Below are positions 49,160-61,200 of a stretch of DNA of 64,000 nt, in pieces. Position 1 is the stretch's first letter, and every line of letters starts with the position of its first letter. A program made the translations under genes and the position numbers. The DNA lies in the NCBI RefSeq assembly GCF_006345805.1, contig NC_043000.1, positions 161,696,001 to 161,760,000 on the forward strand, read 5' to 3'. Source of the stretch: Octopus sinensis. Its lineage: Eukaryota. The notes below the pieces were generated by a model. The model was not told the DNA's origin and did no database searches. It was given only the letters and a program-made list of their open reading frames with translations.

Positions 49160-49428
49160 ATACATTCATATTTATGCGCCCTTTTCAAGCTTAGCCAGGC
49201 TCATGGGCCCAGTCCATCGCATCGTTACTCAAGAAACAGGAAGAAAAAGCGAGAGAAAGTTGGAGCGAAAGAGTACAACAAGGGTCGCCACCACCCCCTA
49301 CCGGAGCCTCGTGGAGCTTTAGGTGTTTTCGCTCAATAAACACATACAACGCCCGGTCTGGGAATCGAAACCACGATCCTCCGACCGCGAGACCGCTGCC
49401 CTAACCACTGAGCCATTGCGCCTCCACA
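49160..49428 (-). mobile_element. tRNA-derived SINE with the family C head and short tail type 3
   Basis: Minus TGTGGAGGCGCAATGGCTCAGTGGTTAGGG...GTTTCGATTCCCAGACCGGG; tail CATGAGCCTGGCTAAGCTTGAAAAGGGCGCATAAA. Confidence 0.9.
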
Positions 49429-50029
49429 CATACATACATACATAACCGCTGAATAAAATAGAGAGTGGAGCCTTTAAACTCCCAAGATACGACTGGAAAT
49501 GTCGATTATGTCATATTTCGGTTGAAGACATTACAAATGTGATTGCAAATTTCTCGAAAATGTCATCAAAATATATTACCTTCCAATGCGACACGGTGTT
49601 GCTGCTAACACATTATAAATGCCATTCGTCAGAAAGCCTGTCTTAGGATGAATATAATAAACATTTCTGACGTTGAATTATATTCACACTTTTCCATACA
49701 TGAAATATTAATAGAAAATTTCCGTCAAAACTTTCACCAAATGCAAATGCAATAAGCTTGGCATAGTTTCTTAGAAGAGGAAACAAAAATCATATCTTGG
49801 TGTAGAGATCTCCAGATCAGAAGATGTGAATGTTCCATTCAACATCAATGAAAAAGAGAAATTTTATACTTCAAGACCTACAATTTTTTCACCTAAGACT
49901 GCACATCCATGTTTGCATCATTGTGTGGTTGATTGGTTGGTTGTGTCACTAAATGTTTTCATGCAAAGAAAGATAACCTTCCAACACAACAATTTTAATC
50001 TTTGAGCGAAACAGTATCAAAATACTTAA

Positions 50030-50080
<51 letters not shown>

Positions 50081-50114
50081 CGCGTGTGTCTGTTTGTGTG
50101 TATGTGTATCACCT

Positions 50115-50147
<33 letters not shown>

Positions 50148-50909
50148 ATGAGTACGTATAAATTATGATTAAATGTCAGTGTAGGTCAGTATAGGAACAG
50201 TTTATGCGGATTGAAAAAAGGTTGGGGGAAAAACAAATTGCCATGTTTAATAAAGTATAGATGATTTTAAACTTTTTTTAATTTGCCCAACATCATAGCG
50301 ATAAAAGGTGAGTTATATGGGTGCAAACTACGTTGTCCCCTCACTAATAATGAGAGTGAGGAGTCAAAAACTTTCCCCTAATACTTGGGGTGAGACTGGT
50401 GTTCGTCAGTTTGTGCACCACTGGTATATGTTCGGTAACGAAATGCATCTCTGTCTGGTATTATTTTGCTTATTCATTAGTGTTCAGCTAAATAATTAGT
50501 AATGTGTATTCTATAAAAAGAAAAGCAGGATATAAGTATTGCTATTTGTTTTATTTTATTTTGTCTTTATTAGCTTAATCAACAAAGCTTAGCAAAAGGA
50601 TTAAATAGGCACTGTTGATTGAAAGTAATTTGAGCAAAATCTAATAGCAGAGAATTCTCGTCTGTGTCCTTTTCTTTCTTATTAGAGACAAGCAATATAA
50701 ATATAGTAGTCGGCAATAAATACAGTGCACAGTGTATGATAAAGCCTATCCTAGATTTTAAACTGTCGGGTGGTTGATAGACAGCAGCTACTGAATAGGA
50801 AATGCAGGACACAGATTTGGTTCATAGTAGTATTATCTGAAGTTTAATAGTGTAAGTTAAGAAACAACTAATGACATTTCAAAATCTAAGGCATACATTT
50901 TTTTAATAG

Positions 50910-50969
50910 CCATACAATTGCAAACAAGGTGGCTCCACCTAAGGTTTGTTCTCACCGTGGGCAGAAAAC
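50910..50969 (+). CDS. Candidate 60-nt cassette exon; phase 1 (x)IQLQTRWLHLRFVLTVGRK(x), or phase 2 HTIANKVAPPKVCSHRGQK(T)
   Basis: Acceptor CATTTTTTTAATAG, donor GTAAGT, length divisible by 3, in non-repetitive DNA; no transcript evidence. Confidence 0.4.
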
Positions 50970-51586
50970 GTAAGTTGGAACTGACTTGGTTCATATTATT
51001 TTATGCATTCATGACTGAACGAATACCTATCTTCTGTCTACTAAGAAAGATATTAATAGATTATAGCCGTTTATAGCGTATGCAAACTCAGCTAAACTAG
51101 TCAGTCCAATTTGCATAAAAGCATGTGTACTGATAACGTGGATTAATTCATTTATTCATGATGCATTATACAACTACTTTGAATAATTTGAAATGTAAAA
51201 TACTATTCCCGTTTGCATACACAGTAAATTACTATAAGCAGCTACTTTCTACACAAGGAAGGGTAGGGATTCTTTTTCTGATAAAAGTCTAAGAATTCTA
51301 AAAACTAGTCAAATCGATCACATTTTTTGCACATGGGAAGATAAAAACCTATTGCTTAATTATTTTGTTTACTTCTCTCAGCGAAATTAAAACTGCATTT
51401 TTTAAAAGTAGGTTCCATATATTCCAAGCAGTTCAAAAAATGTTTGTAGTGTACAACGAATTAACTGATGACATTAGAAAATGTTTCATGCATTAAGATC
51501 ATATCGTTAAGTACAGGGCTAACTTACCTGATGCATTGAATCAAAAAGTAATTATTAATCAGTTGAAATTACATTAAAAATCGTTA

Positions 51587-51999
51587 GTGCGCAGGAGTGG
51601 CTGTGTGGTAAGTAGCTTGCTTACCAACCACATGGTTCCGGGTTTAGTCCCACTGCGTGGCACCTTGGGCAAGTGTCTTCTACTATAGCCCCAGGCCAAT
51701 CAAAGCCTTGTGAGTGGATTTGGTAGACGGAAACTGAAAGAAGTCCGTCGTATATATGTATATATATATATGTGTGTGTGCGTGTATGTTTGTGTGTCTG
51801 TGTTTGTCCCCCTAGCATTGCTTGACAACCGATGCTGGTGTGCTTATGTCCCCGTCACTTAGCGGTTTGGCAAAAGAGACCGATAGAATAAGTACTAGGC
51901 TTACAAAGAATAAGTCCCAATGTCGAGTTGCTCGATTAAAAGGCGGTGCTCCAGCATGGCCGCAGTCAAATGACTGAAACAAGTAAAAGAGTAAAAGAG
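51587..51999 (+). mobile_element. SINE family B, full length
   Basis: Close match to the other copies. Confidence 0.92.
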
Positions 52000-52539
52000 A
52001 GAGTGCGTTTGGAAAAAATATCTTGCGGTGTTTCGAGTCCAAATCATACTAGGCTGACATTGCCTTTCATCGTTTCGGGCCGATAAAATAAAGTACCGAA
52101 GTCAATTTAATCAACGAACAACTACTTTCAAATTTTAGACCTTGTGCTTGTATTAGAAATATATTATAGAAATAATAATGAATTGATCTAATGACATTTA
52201 TCATCAGAAGATGCAAGGATGAGAACTCAAAAATTTTATCTGATTAGAAATAAAATGAGCGTGTACAGTAGGTTCGGACTTATATGGTTCGGACTCAACT
52301 ACGTTTTAATCCCCAGAAATCAAAAAGAATTCCATACGAAGTCACTCGCCTTATCAGAAATAGCAGCTAATATGTACTCAACTCACACGCGACGCTTGAT
52401 TTAAGCAATGGATATATTGGGTGCGTAATTGTAGGCCTAAATGTACAATGACTAAGAAACTAGGAAACAGTCCAGGCTAAATCGTCTTTAGTCAGTGTTT
52501 ACTCGGTTAGAGATGACCTGGGACTAAACAACAACAATA

Positions 52540-52934
52540 CATTCTTTTCTACTCTAGGCACAAGGCCCGAAATTTATGGGGAGGGGGCCAGTCGATTAGA
52601 TTGACCCCAGTACGTAACTGGTACTTAATTTATCGACCACGAAAGGAGGAAAGTCGACCTCGGCGTAATTTGAACTCAGAACATAAAGACAGACGAAATA
52701 CCTATTTCTTTAGTACCCACAAGGAGCTAAACACAGAGAGGACAAACAAGGACAGACAGACGGATTAAGTCGATTATATCGACCTCAGTGCGTAACTGGT
52801 ACTTATTTAATCGACCCCGAAAGGATGAAAGGCAAAGTCGACCTAGCAGAATTTGAACTCAGAACGTAGCGGCAGACGAAATACGGCTACGCATTTCGCC
52901 CGGCGTGCTAACGTTTCTGCCAGCTCACCGCCTT
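52540..52934 (-). mobile_element. Dimeric family A SINE with 12-bp TSD
   Basis: ACAACAACAATA at 52528-52539 and 52935-52946 flanks the whole dimer. Confidence 0.93.
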
Positions 52935-53799
52935 ACAACAACAATATATTAACACAAAAGCTATCAGGTGAGCTTTTACTTGTTCACCCGACCTGCTAGA
53001 AATTACACTTAAATATATCTCCTTTAAATCACACACTACTTAGAAGAAAGTGCATATTGAATAATATAATCCCGAATGCGTTGTGCCTAGAAATATGACG
53101 TAACACCTTTGAACATAGATCTGATCGATCTGAGTCACCGAGAACATATTACACGCTAAGCAGATTCAGCCACCGAGAGCTAAAAATCTTTGCTTGCAAT
53201 TCAGCACATGACTGGAGGCGGAAAATGAAATGACGACCTTTCGGTTGTCAAACTAATGTACTAACGAATTCACCAAATGCAGTGACCGGGAGCAAATTGG
53301 GAGCATATTGGTGTCAGTTAATAATAAAAGGGGAAGAATAAAGTATTAGTTATCGCCTTCTTAGAGAAACTTATGCAAGTTTCACTTGCATTGAAACTAC
53401 AATAAACGCTAGTTGATACAATAAATGCCGATGTTATAATAAAACCTGCAATTAAGAATTGAATGGAGCAACGGAACAATAACTGTCACTAAAGTAAATG
53501 AGATCAAATAGGTGTTAGCCTCAAATTAAGTAATGAGATAAAAAGAGAAGGACGAGTTTCGTTTCAGTTAAATTAGAGATGGATACATAGACAGTAAAGT
53601 ATTTGTTCGGTTACAAGACTAGAAAATGATAAATGACTTTAGCAAATTGAGTTAAGAGGACAGAATAATCAAAACTGACCTTATAACATCTGAGTTAAGA
53701 AGACTGCATTATCGATTATTTTTTTTAAGCAAACTATTTTAAATTAATGATTTCTTATTTAGTTGCCAAAGTATTAGCTGCGGAGAAAGGTTATATAGG

Positions 53800-54135
53800 C
53801 AATTCATTCGACCCCAGTTCTTATTTTTAAGTCAAGTACATATTCCGTCGGTTGCTTTTGCGAAAACGTAAGCAAAACAACACCGGTTGTCAAGCAATAG
53901 AAAGGAAACGCAATCACAGAGACACGCACATTTGTATGTATATATGTATATATGTATATATGTATGTATGTATGTATGCATGTATGTATGTATGTTTGTA
54001 TGTATGTATGTATGCATGCATGTATGTATGTATGCATGTATGTATGTATGTATGTATGTATGTATGTATGTATGTATGTATGTATGTATGTATGTATGTA
54101 TGTATGTATGTATGTATGTATGTATGTATGTGTCA
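53800..54135 (-). repeat. Family B 3' remnant joined to a long (TATG)n array
   Basis: CCGGTTGTCAAGCAATAG...CACAGAGACAC then about 190 bp of (TATG)n. Confidence 0.75.
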
Positions 54136-54549
54136 TATAAAATCCATTATGTCAAATTTGATATGTAGATACGGATGGTATCAGGGCGTGTATAAGTCTT
54201 GAAAAAATTGCAAAAATCGATTCCAGTTGAGATGCGATCGATAAAGCCGTAGGAACGTGCATTTGAACGCGCAAGTACATCAGCTGATGCGATGTACTTA
54301 CTGGTACTTTAAACTCTTCAGTTGCATATTTGCGTGAATAAAAATCGTTTTTCTTTGGAATATAAAAAAAGCCTATCTTTATTTCTTCTTTTGCTGGTGT
54401 CTCAAATTTAGGTTAAATCAGTGTTTCTCAAAGGGGAGGCTTATGGGACGGTCGGACAAGTTGTTTTGAGAAAATTTGGTTTAAATGTTTGACAACTCAG
54501 CACTGTCCATTGGACAGGGGGGGGCGTTTTGCTCGTATGTGTGTGTGTG

Positions 54550-54815
54550 TGCGTGCAGGTGTAGCTGTGTAGTAATAAGTTTGCTTTCCAAATGATTGCG
54601 AATTCAGTCCCACCACGAGGCACCTTGGGAAAGTGCCTTCTACTTTAGCCTCGAGCCGAACAAAGCCTTGTGAGTGGATATGGTATATGGAAACTGAAAG
54701 AAGCCTCGAAAGGATGAAAAGCAAAGTCGACCCCGATAGCATTAGAGCCCAGAAGGCCGAAATGTCGCTAAGCATTTTGTCCGGCGTGCTAACGATTCTG
54801 CTAGGTCACTGCCTT
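54550..54815. mobile_element. Diverged family B head (+) abutting a family A fragment (-)
   Basis: GGCACCTTGGGAAAGTGCC...GAAAGAAGCC then GAAAGGATGAAAAGCAAAGTCGAC...TCACTGCCTTA. Confidence 0.7.
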
Positions 54816-55513
54816 AATAATAGAAGCACAGAAGTTACCTCAAAGTACTTAAAATTTTCCTACGCCGCAAAGAACAGCCAAACGGATTGTTGCTTCACTT
54901 AAAGGTACAATGAAGATTTATAGACGAGATTTGAATTTTGAATATAAAGTAAAATAGCTATACACTACACAGTATTCTACTGATTCTACCACCCCCACCT
55001 TTAAATTAATGAAAATAATAAATATGGTAAATATTTATACAATAGTGTGGTAGAGAGCCATTTATTTGAACCATGTTTTTGAAAGTTATTTTAGCAACTG
55101 GTAATCAGCTCAGCTGAACTGAGGGAGTGATTAGCTTGGATGTTATCAAAAAATAGACATTCATGCAAAACCCAAAATATTTAGCAGATTCAGTAAAATT
55201 GAACTAATCTGGGTATATCCTAAAAGTTTGGTGGGTGGGGACGTACGTGTGCAAGTGCATGAGTAAGATTCTCACCTTGCCCCAAATTATTTTAAAAACT
55301 TAAAATTGTGAACAGAGAATTATGTAGATGAATCTATTTCTCTTCTTACAACGTAACTCCCATTGCGTCAAACCGAACGTCCACTATAAAAATAATTTTT
55401 TAAAAATACACAACACAGTACTATTTTTACTTCGCGGATTTTCATCTATCGCGGGTGATTTTGGAAGGTAACGCCCGTGATAGTCGAAGGATTAGTGAAT
55501 ATATATTACAATG

Positions 55514-55544
<31 letters not shown>

Positions 55545-56542
55545 TGTGTGTGTGTAATTGAGTTACATATACACCTCAATTCTAAAGATTCGCAAAACAA
55601 GATATGTTCGCGTGCCGGGCTGAAATGTCATTTCTAACGTTTCAACCCGGTTCCATTTTTTAAGGAAGAGCTTTGTGTGAAATGTCAAACTTACCGCTCC
55701 TCAAAATACATGGACATAATTTAATTTATGGCTTTTATCGACTCGTTTTTCCGAATCAGATTATCATATATTTTTTTTTTTTCCAATCAGAAAGCTAATG
55801 AGAAAATGATCGCTATCAATTTCTAATTTCCATTTTGATGTTTGATATAAATTGTAACCTTCATGAATATTGCAATTCTTGTGGTTTAGTAGAGAGTTAA
55901 TCCCACTAAAATCAATCACATATGTTGTAGTATTCGACTGAGCGACGTAACAAATCTACCATCCAGGAGCAAGCATATTCTAAAGGGCTTCCGTACAGTC
56001 TCATTATTTTTCGTTAATTGATAAATAGGTGGAAACATAGTGACCGAAACCATTTTTAATGTCCATGCCTGGTGATAGAAAGGAACAAAGTTATTCCCTA
56101 ACCGTAGACCGTGGATTTGGCTAAATGCACAAAAAGGGCCATGTGATTGTGAAACGTGAAGCGGCGGATTATGTTAATCATCCAAAAACAGAAAGTCACA
56201 TTGATGCGCTTATACACCGCCTCTGTCTATTCGTACATGGTTTGACCATAGCTTCAGTTTGATTCATTTGAACTACGTGGTTGCAATGTGAACTTTTTAA
56301 CCACACAGCCACGTCTACGAACCATAAAGACATGACTATTTTCAATAAATTAATGCATTTCTGAAAGTAAAATTTATTAATATCTTTTAATTATTTAAAT
56401 TTTTTTCTGTTAGTAGTGACTAACTGATTTGCTAATATTCTAACAATCAATTTCGATTTGACCGTTTTAATATACTCGTATCTTTCTCTCCTGTACACAA
56501 GCCAGCTCTCACATTTTATACAAATTATGTATGTGTGTCTGG

Positions 56543-56620
<78 letters not shown>

Positions 56621-56757
56621 CTATATATATATAAGAGAGAGGGAGGAAGATATACGCGCGCACACACACACACATTTATATATATATATAAATATTTTTC
56701 TCTTTTTTACTTCGCTGTGAGATTTTATATTTTCTTTCATTTCTGTTTTATTTCCAG

Positions 56758-56781
56758 CACAGTCTAAAAGAAAATTCGAAG
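56758..56781 (+). CDS. Candidate 24-nt microexon; phase 1 (x)QSKRKFE(x)
   Basis: Long pyrimidine tract ending TTTCCAG, exon CACAGTCTAAAAGAAAATTCGAAG, near-consensus donor AAG|GTAAGT; frame-preserving. Confidence 0.55.
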
Positions 56782-57394
56782 GTAAGTCAAGTATTTCTCA
56801 TTTCAAATTTAGTTTTAAAATGTAACTTATGGCGTATATTTTAGTGATATGATGATTTCATTTTTTGCATTTTATTAACGCTGAAACTTAGTTGGTTCTT
56901 TCATTTTTTTCTTTTTTCTTCGTTATATCTGAATGAACTACTGAGAGAAATACCTCCACATTTTAGCATGATGTTATTCTTCTTATCCCAAGTCAGACCT
57001 GAATGAGCAAACTTACTATTAATATCGTCCTGCCACCTTGCTACACATTTCTTTTTATTGGTGGTAGATTGTGGGGCATTGTGCCTCAAATACATAATCG
57101 AATGTTGTCTGCATTACATCTTTCTTTAAGATGATAGGTTATGTTTAAGGAAGACAAGAAGCAGATCGAGCAACTACTTCAGCTTTAAACGATTAGACTA
57201 TTTCCCAGTATGAAATCCAAAATTTTGAAAAGGCAAAATCGATATTGGTGAGATTTTAACTCAATCCATCGCTCTTAATAGGTGTTTTAATTCAGGAAAC
57301 TCCCTCTTATTCGGCACCACTGGGACCACAGTATTGCCAGATGACTGAATTTTCAAAATAATTAATCATTATTCTTTCAGTTAGCAAAGCTCCT

Positions 57395-57802
57395 GGATCT
57401 TTTCGGTTTGAACGGCAGTTTTTTCTAGCGGTGTCATATGAAATTGTCACCCATAATTATGACCCTAGAATCGATCTATTGCATTTCAATCTGTTTTAGG
57501 GTTAGGGGTGGGGGAAGGGTATCTTTTTTCCTTCACAAATGTAAATAAACCCAATCTGTTTCTTAAAAGAGGGACATATTCATACGGCACAGAATGCTTT
57601 TTAACTCAATAGACGTCACTGATTGGTTGAAATTGCAGAAATTGAACAAAAAACAACAAATATCTTACAAGCTATAGAATTTTCTCAATAAAGCCAAGAG
57701 AAAAAGATGTTTTATAAACACATTCTACCAGTATGCGAAGTTTAAAATTGTTTAGTTACCTAGAAATTATGTCAAAAACTACCGTTCAAACCGAAAAGAT
57801 CC
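57395..57802. mobile_element. 408-bp MITE with 29-bp TIRs
   Basis: GGATCTTTTCGGTTTGAACGGCAGTTTTT and AAAAACTACCGTTCAAACCGAAAAGATCC (one mismatch); no clear TSD, superfamily unassigned. Confidence 0.85.
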
Positions 57803-59094
57803 AAGCATCTTATAAAACTCATTAAAACTCTATATGTGCATCAGTACTATTATTAGTACTCTGAATATAGTAAAAATAAGAGAAATATGAGGAAATAAAA
57901 GAGTAATTCTAGTAAAGAACAGTTTTATAAACCTAATAAAATATGGGTGCTATAAATACGGTAAAATATAATAAAATACTGTACTTCGAGAAGCAGTAGT
58001 CCATTTCAGAGAGTTTTGTTTTTTATATGAGAACACAAATTACGATAAATTCTCTAAACTTTTATAAAAAGAATAAGAAAATATATTTCGTTTTAGTACT
58101 TGGTTTGCAAGATTTTTTATGTGAATTCGTGTGTTGAAGCCTATTTTATCATTTACTAAATAACTTAAATTTGCCTTACAATATAGAGGACTTCATGTTA
58201 TATTCATTCATCGCTTGTTTACGATCCTTTCTCTTCTGCTGTGTTCTGCTTCTTGCTTTTACCTTGTGAAGACATTGTTATGAATGGGTCGGTGCGTTCC
58301 GAGAAAATTAACGGAAATACGGGAGTACGGATAACTTGAACATGAAACACGTGAATGACTGACGGGTGATTAACCACTGTTGGCACCTGGTGGCTGCTGG
58401 CTGATGGTAAAACCACCATTCAGCTCCAAAGTTGAACCAGTGCTTGCACAGGTATTATTGCAGTTGGGTGAAAAACTGACACATCCCACCTTGAAATGTT
58501 TTCTTCATATTTCACCATGGAACAAAATGCACATTAATAGTAGGAAGCCCTAATTATAGGTCAAACATCTGAAGAATACTGGATGAATAGAATATTTAGC
58601 AATGTTTCACTAATGATAACAAATAACCAGTAACAGGTGATGTGATAGCATTTCCCCCGTCTGTATTCGCTACTACTACTACTACTACTACTGCTGCTGC
58701 TACTGCTGCTGCTTACTATGACGAGTATCTGTCAGTTTTGCAGTCTACAGAGGGTACCAGGGGAAGGAATAAGAGGACGAAGAACAGAAAAGTTGGGAGG
58801 ATGGCGATGATAAAGAGGAGAAATGAGGCTGAGAAGGATGGGAGGAAGAAGTGGAACAGCAAGTGGAAAGAAAGCAAAAAGGAGAAGGAGAAGGAACAAG
58901 AGCAGGAGGGGAAGAAGAAGGAGGAGCAAGAAGAGGTGGACTATGAAAAGTAACCCCTAACCTTCAAACAGGATCTTAGACCTAATATACAAAGATCGGT
59001 GCTTCTTGTGTAGATGAGGTGTGTGTAGATTTTATATGAGGCTGCTAGCCTTTTTCATATAAGTTTTAGGTTTTCATCTACTTCTTAATCCCTG

Positions 59095-59400
59095 TGACAC
59101 TTGCATCATTGAGTTCGCTTGCCAGCCACTGCATCCCAATTGACAAGGTTGAAGCCAATCGCTCTCATATCACCTTTGAACACATCCCTGTATTGCAGAT
59201 GGGGGGAAAATTTGCCTCTCAATCTCCATGCCATTTTACTATATAGGTCTTTTTGCTTTAAACTACTACCATTATCCTGACTACGAACATATCCAAACAA
59301 CCAAAGTCGCTGGTGGCACAGGAAAATCATCTTAGAGGGGATATTTCCCTGCTCAGTACATCACAGCAGTTGATCTTGTCTTGCTATTCAATCCCACGGA
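59095..59400 (-). mobile_element. RTE-clade LINE fragment (post-RT region)
   Basis: HQRLWLFGYV...KDLYSKM...LQYRDVFKGDMRA...WDAVA matches RTE RRLRWLGHV/PKDLLY/RYKDVCKRDM. Confidence 0.7.
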
Positions 59401-59518
59401 TTCTGGACTGACACCTAACATGAAACACATGAAATTTATGTTCTTATGAAAAGTATGTTATCTACCACTTGATGCCATAAAGAATTGCGTTGAGAATAGA
59501 GCCTCATACACCGACATT

Positions 59519-59867
59519 ACTCTTTTACTTGTTTCAGTCATTTGACTGCGGCCATGCTGAGGCACCGCCTTTAGTCGAGCAAATCGACCCCAGGACTTAT
59601 TCTTTGCCGAACCGCTAAGTTACGGAGACCTAAACACACCAGCATCGATTGTCAAGCGATGTTGGGGAGACAAACACAGACACACAAGCATCTACACACA
59701 CATACATATACATATATGTACATATATACGACGGGCTTCTTTCAGTTTCTGTCTACCAAATCCACTCACAAGGCTATAGTAGAAGACACTTGCCCAAGGT
59801 GCCACGCAGTGGGACTGAACCCGGGACCATGTGGTTGGTAAGCAAGCGACTTACCACACAGCCACTC
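59519..59867 (-). mobile_element. SINE family B with 13-bp TSD and two internal deletions
   Basis: TACACCGACATTA on both flanks. Confidence 0.92.
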
Positions 59868-60689
59868 CTACACCGACATTAGTTGATGTTTTTTGACTAA
59901 GCGTTTCTCTAGTCTTAGATCTCGATTTAGATTGCTCGAAGCAGTGGTACCGAGATACTGATATCTATGTACAAAGTTCAGTTCTCTCCCATGATTTTGA
60001 CTTCTTGAGATATTTTATAAAACCAAATAGCTCCCGATAAAATATTCACAAGGTTTTCTTAAACCTTCTACACGGTATGAGAAGATAACACGATTATCAG
60101 CACTCAGCATGTTACTGATGGTAACTAACCTTGTCTTAGTTTTCACTTTTAGTCTGTGTGGCTGCCTGACCTTGAATGGAAATAAACACCATCGGCTGAG
60201 GAGTCGAATGCATGTTTCATGAGCACCCCAATGAAGATACCTAAAAGTGTAAAATGTAAACAGGTACTAACTAGATTCTACACTTCTCATATTCTTTGGA
60301 TAAAGATTCATCGTAATTCAGATTACCCACCGTTTCAACATGGAAATATCGTACGATGCTCCTGATCTTGATAACAAATGAACAACTTAACAAGTTGTCG
60401 CTACTGATAGGCTTCTGTCTTTGATGCTTTTCTTTAAGATGGCGCAGTGAAGATATCATTCTTGTGATGAATCTCTTGGCATAGAAGCTGCATTACGACG
60501 CGGAATAAGTTTCTGAGGCCTAAGCTGTTCGATAGAAGAACATGCCGACAGTATAAAGAAGAGATGTGCCGCAGTAAATATAGCAATCACTTCAGATTAC
60601 ATTGTTCATGTAGAATGTGACAATGTTGCCATCCGGTTTTTTATGTACAATGCTACCAATTTCGAATAATGGAATAGTATCTTTTAAAT

Positions 60690-61200
60690 CGGTCATCAGT
60701 ATTGCATGGTACTTATTTTATTGACTCCAGACGTTGGAAAGGAAAAGTCGACTTAGTCAGGATTCAAACTCAGAACTTAAAAAACCCAACTGAATACATC
60801 AAAGTATTTTATCCAGCTTCTACCAATTCAGCCAATAGCTACATTTCTAGTGATAATTTAATTGGTTCTAATATAGACAAAGGGCCGGAAAATGGATAAA
60901 CAGATCCAATTGATGCCAGAACTTCACTGATATTTTATTTTATCAACAATTAAAGAATGAAAGAGAAAGTTGACTTTGTTTGGATCCGATTTCAAAACGT
61001 AAAGAATCAGAAGAAATTCCGCAACATCTTTCTTGGCGCTCTAATAATTATGCCAGCTCACCGCCTTCATGCCAGCTCGAAGATTTCTAATTTAGGCACA
61101 AGTCCAGTAATTTTGAGGGGTGGGGAATAGCTGATACAGTATCACCAGTACTTGATTGGTACTTTCTGTTATCGACCCCAGCGGGATGAACGGCAACCGC
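60690..61200 (-). mobile_element. Cluster of old family A SINE remnants
   Basis: Three diverged GGTACTT...GAAAG...GTCGAC/GTTGAC cores. Confidence 0.6.

Noticed and set aside
48830-49165. Host C2H2 zinc-finger gene
   Set aside because: The start lies in a microsatellite, there are no TGEKP linkers, and it is followed by an RTE-type UTR and tail; it is a LINE C-terminus.
51382-51407. 26-nt segment with strong acceptor and GTAGGT donor
   Set aside because: Not a multiple of 3 and does not fit the phase series; similar signals also occur on the minus strand (51520, 55690), showing the chance background.
58642-58953. 103-aa Lys/Glu-rich ORF
   Set aside because: Built from (ACT)/(GCT) repeats and a purine-rich tract; low complexity.
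60153-60263. 111-nt segment with good acceptor and CAG|GTACTA donor, ending in KCKQ
   Set aside because: Stops in all three frames; the resemblance to the BK KCKCKN motif is judged coincidental. It could at most be a poison exon.
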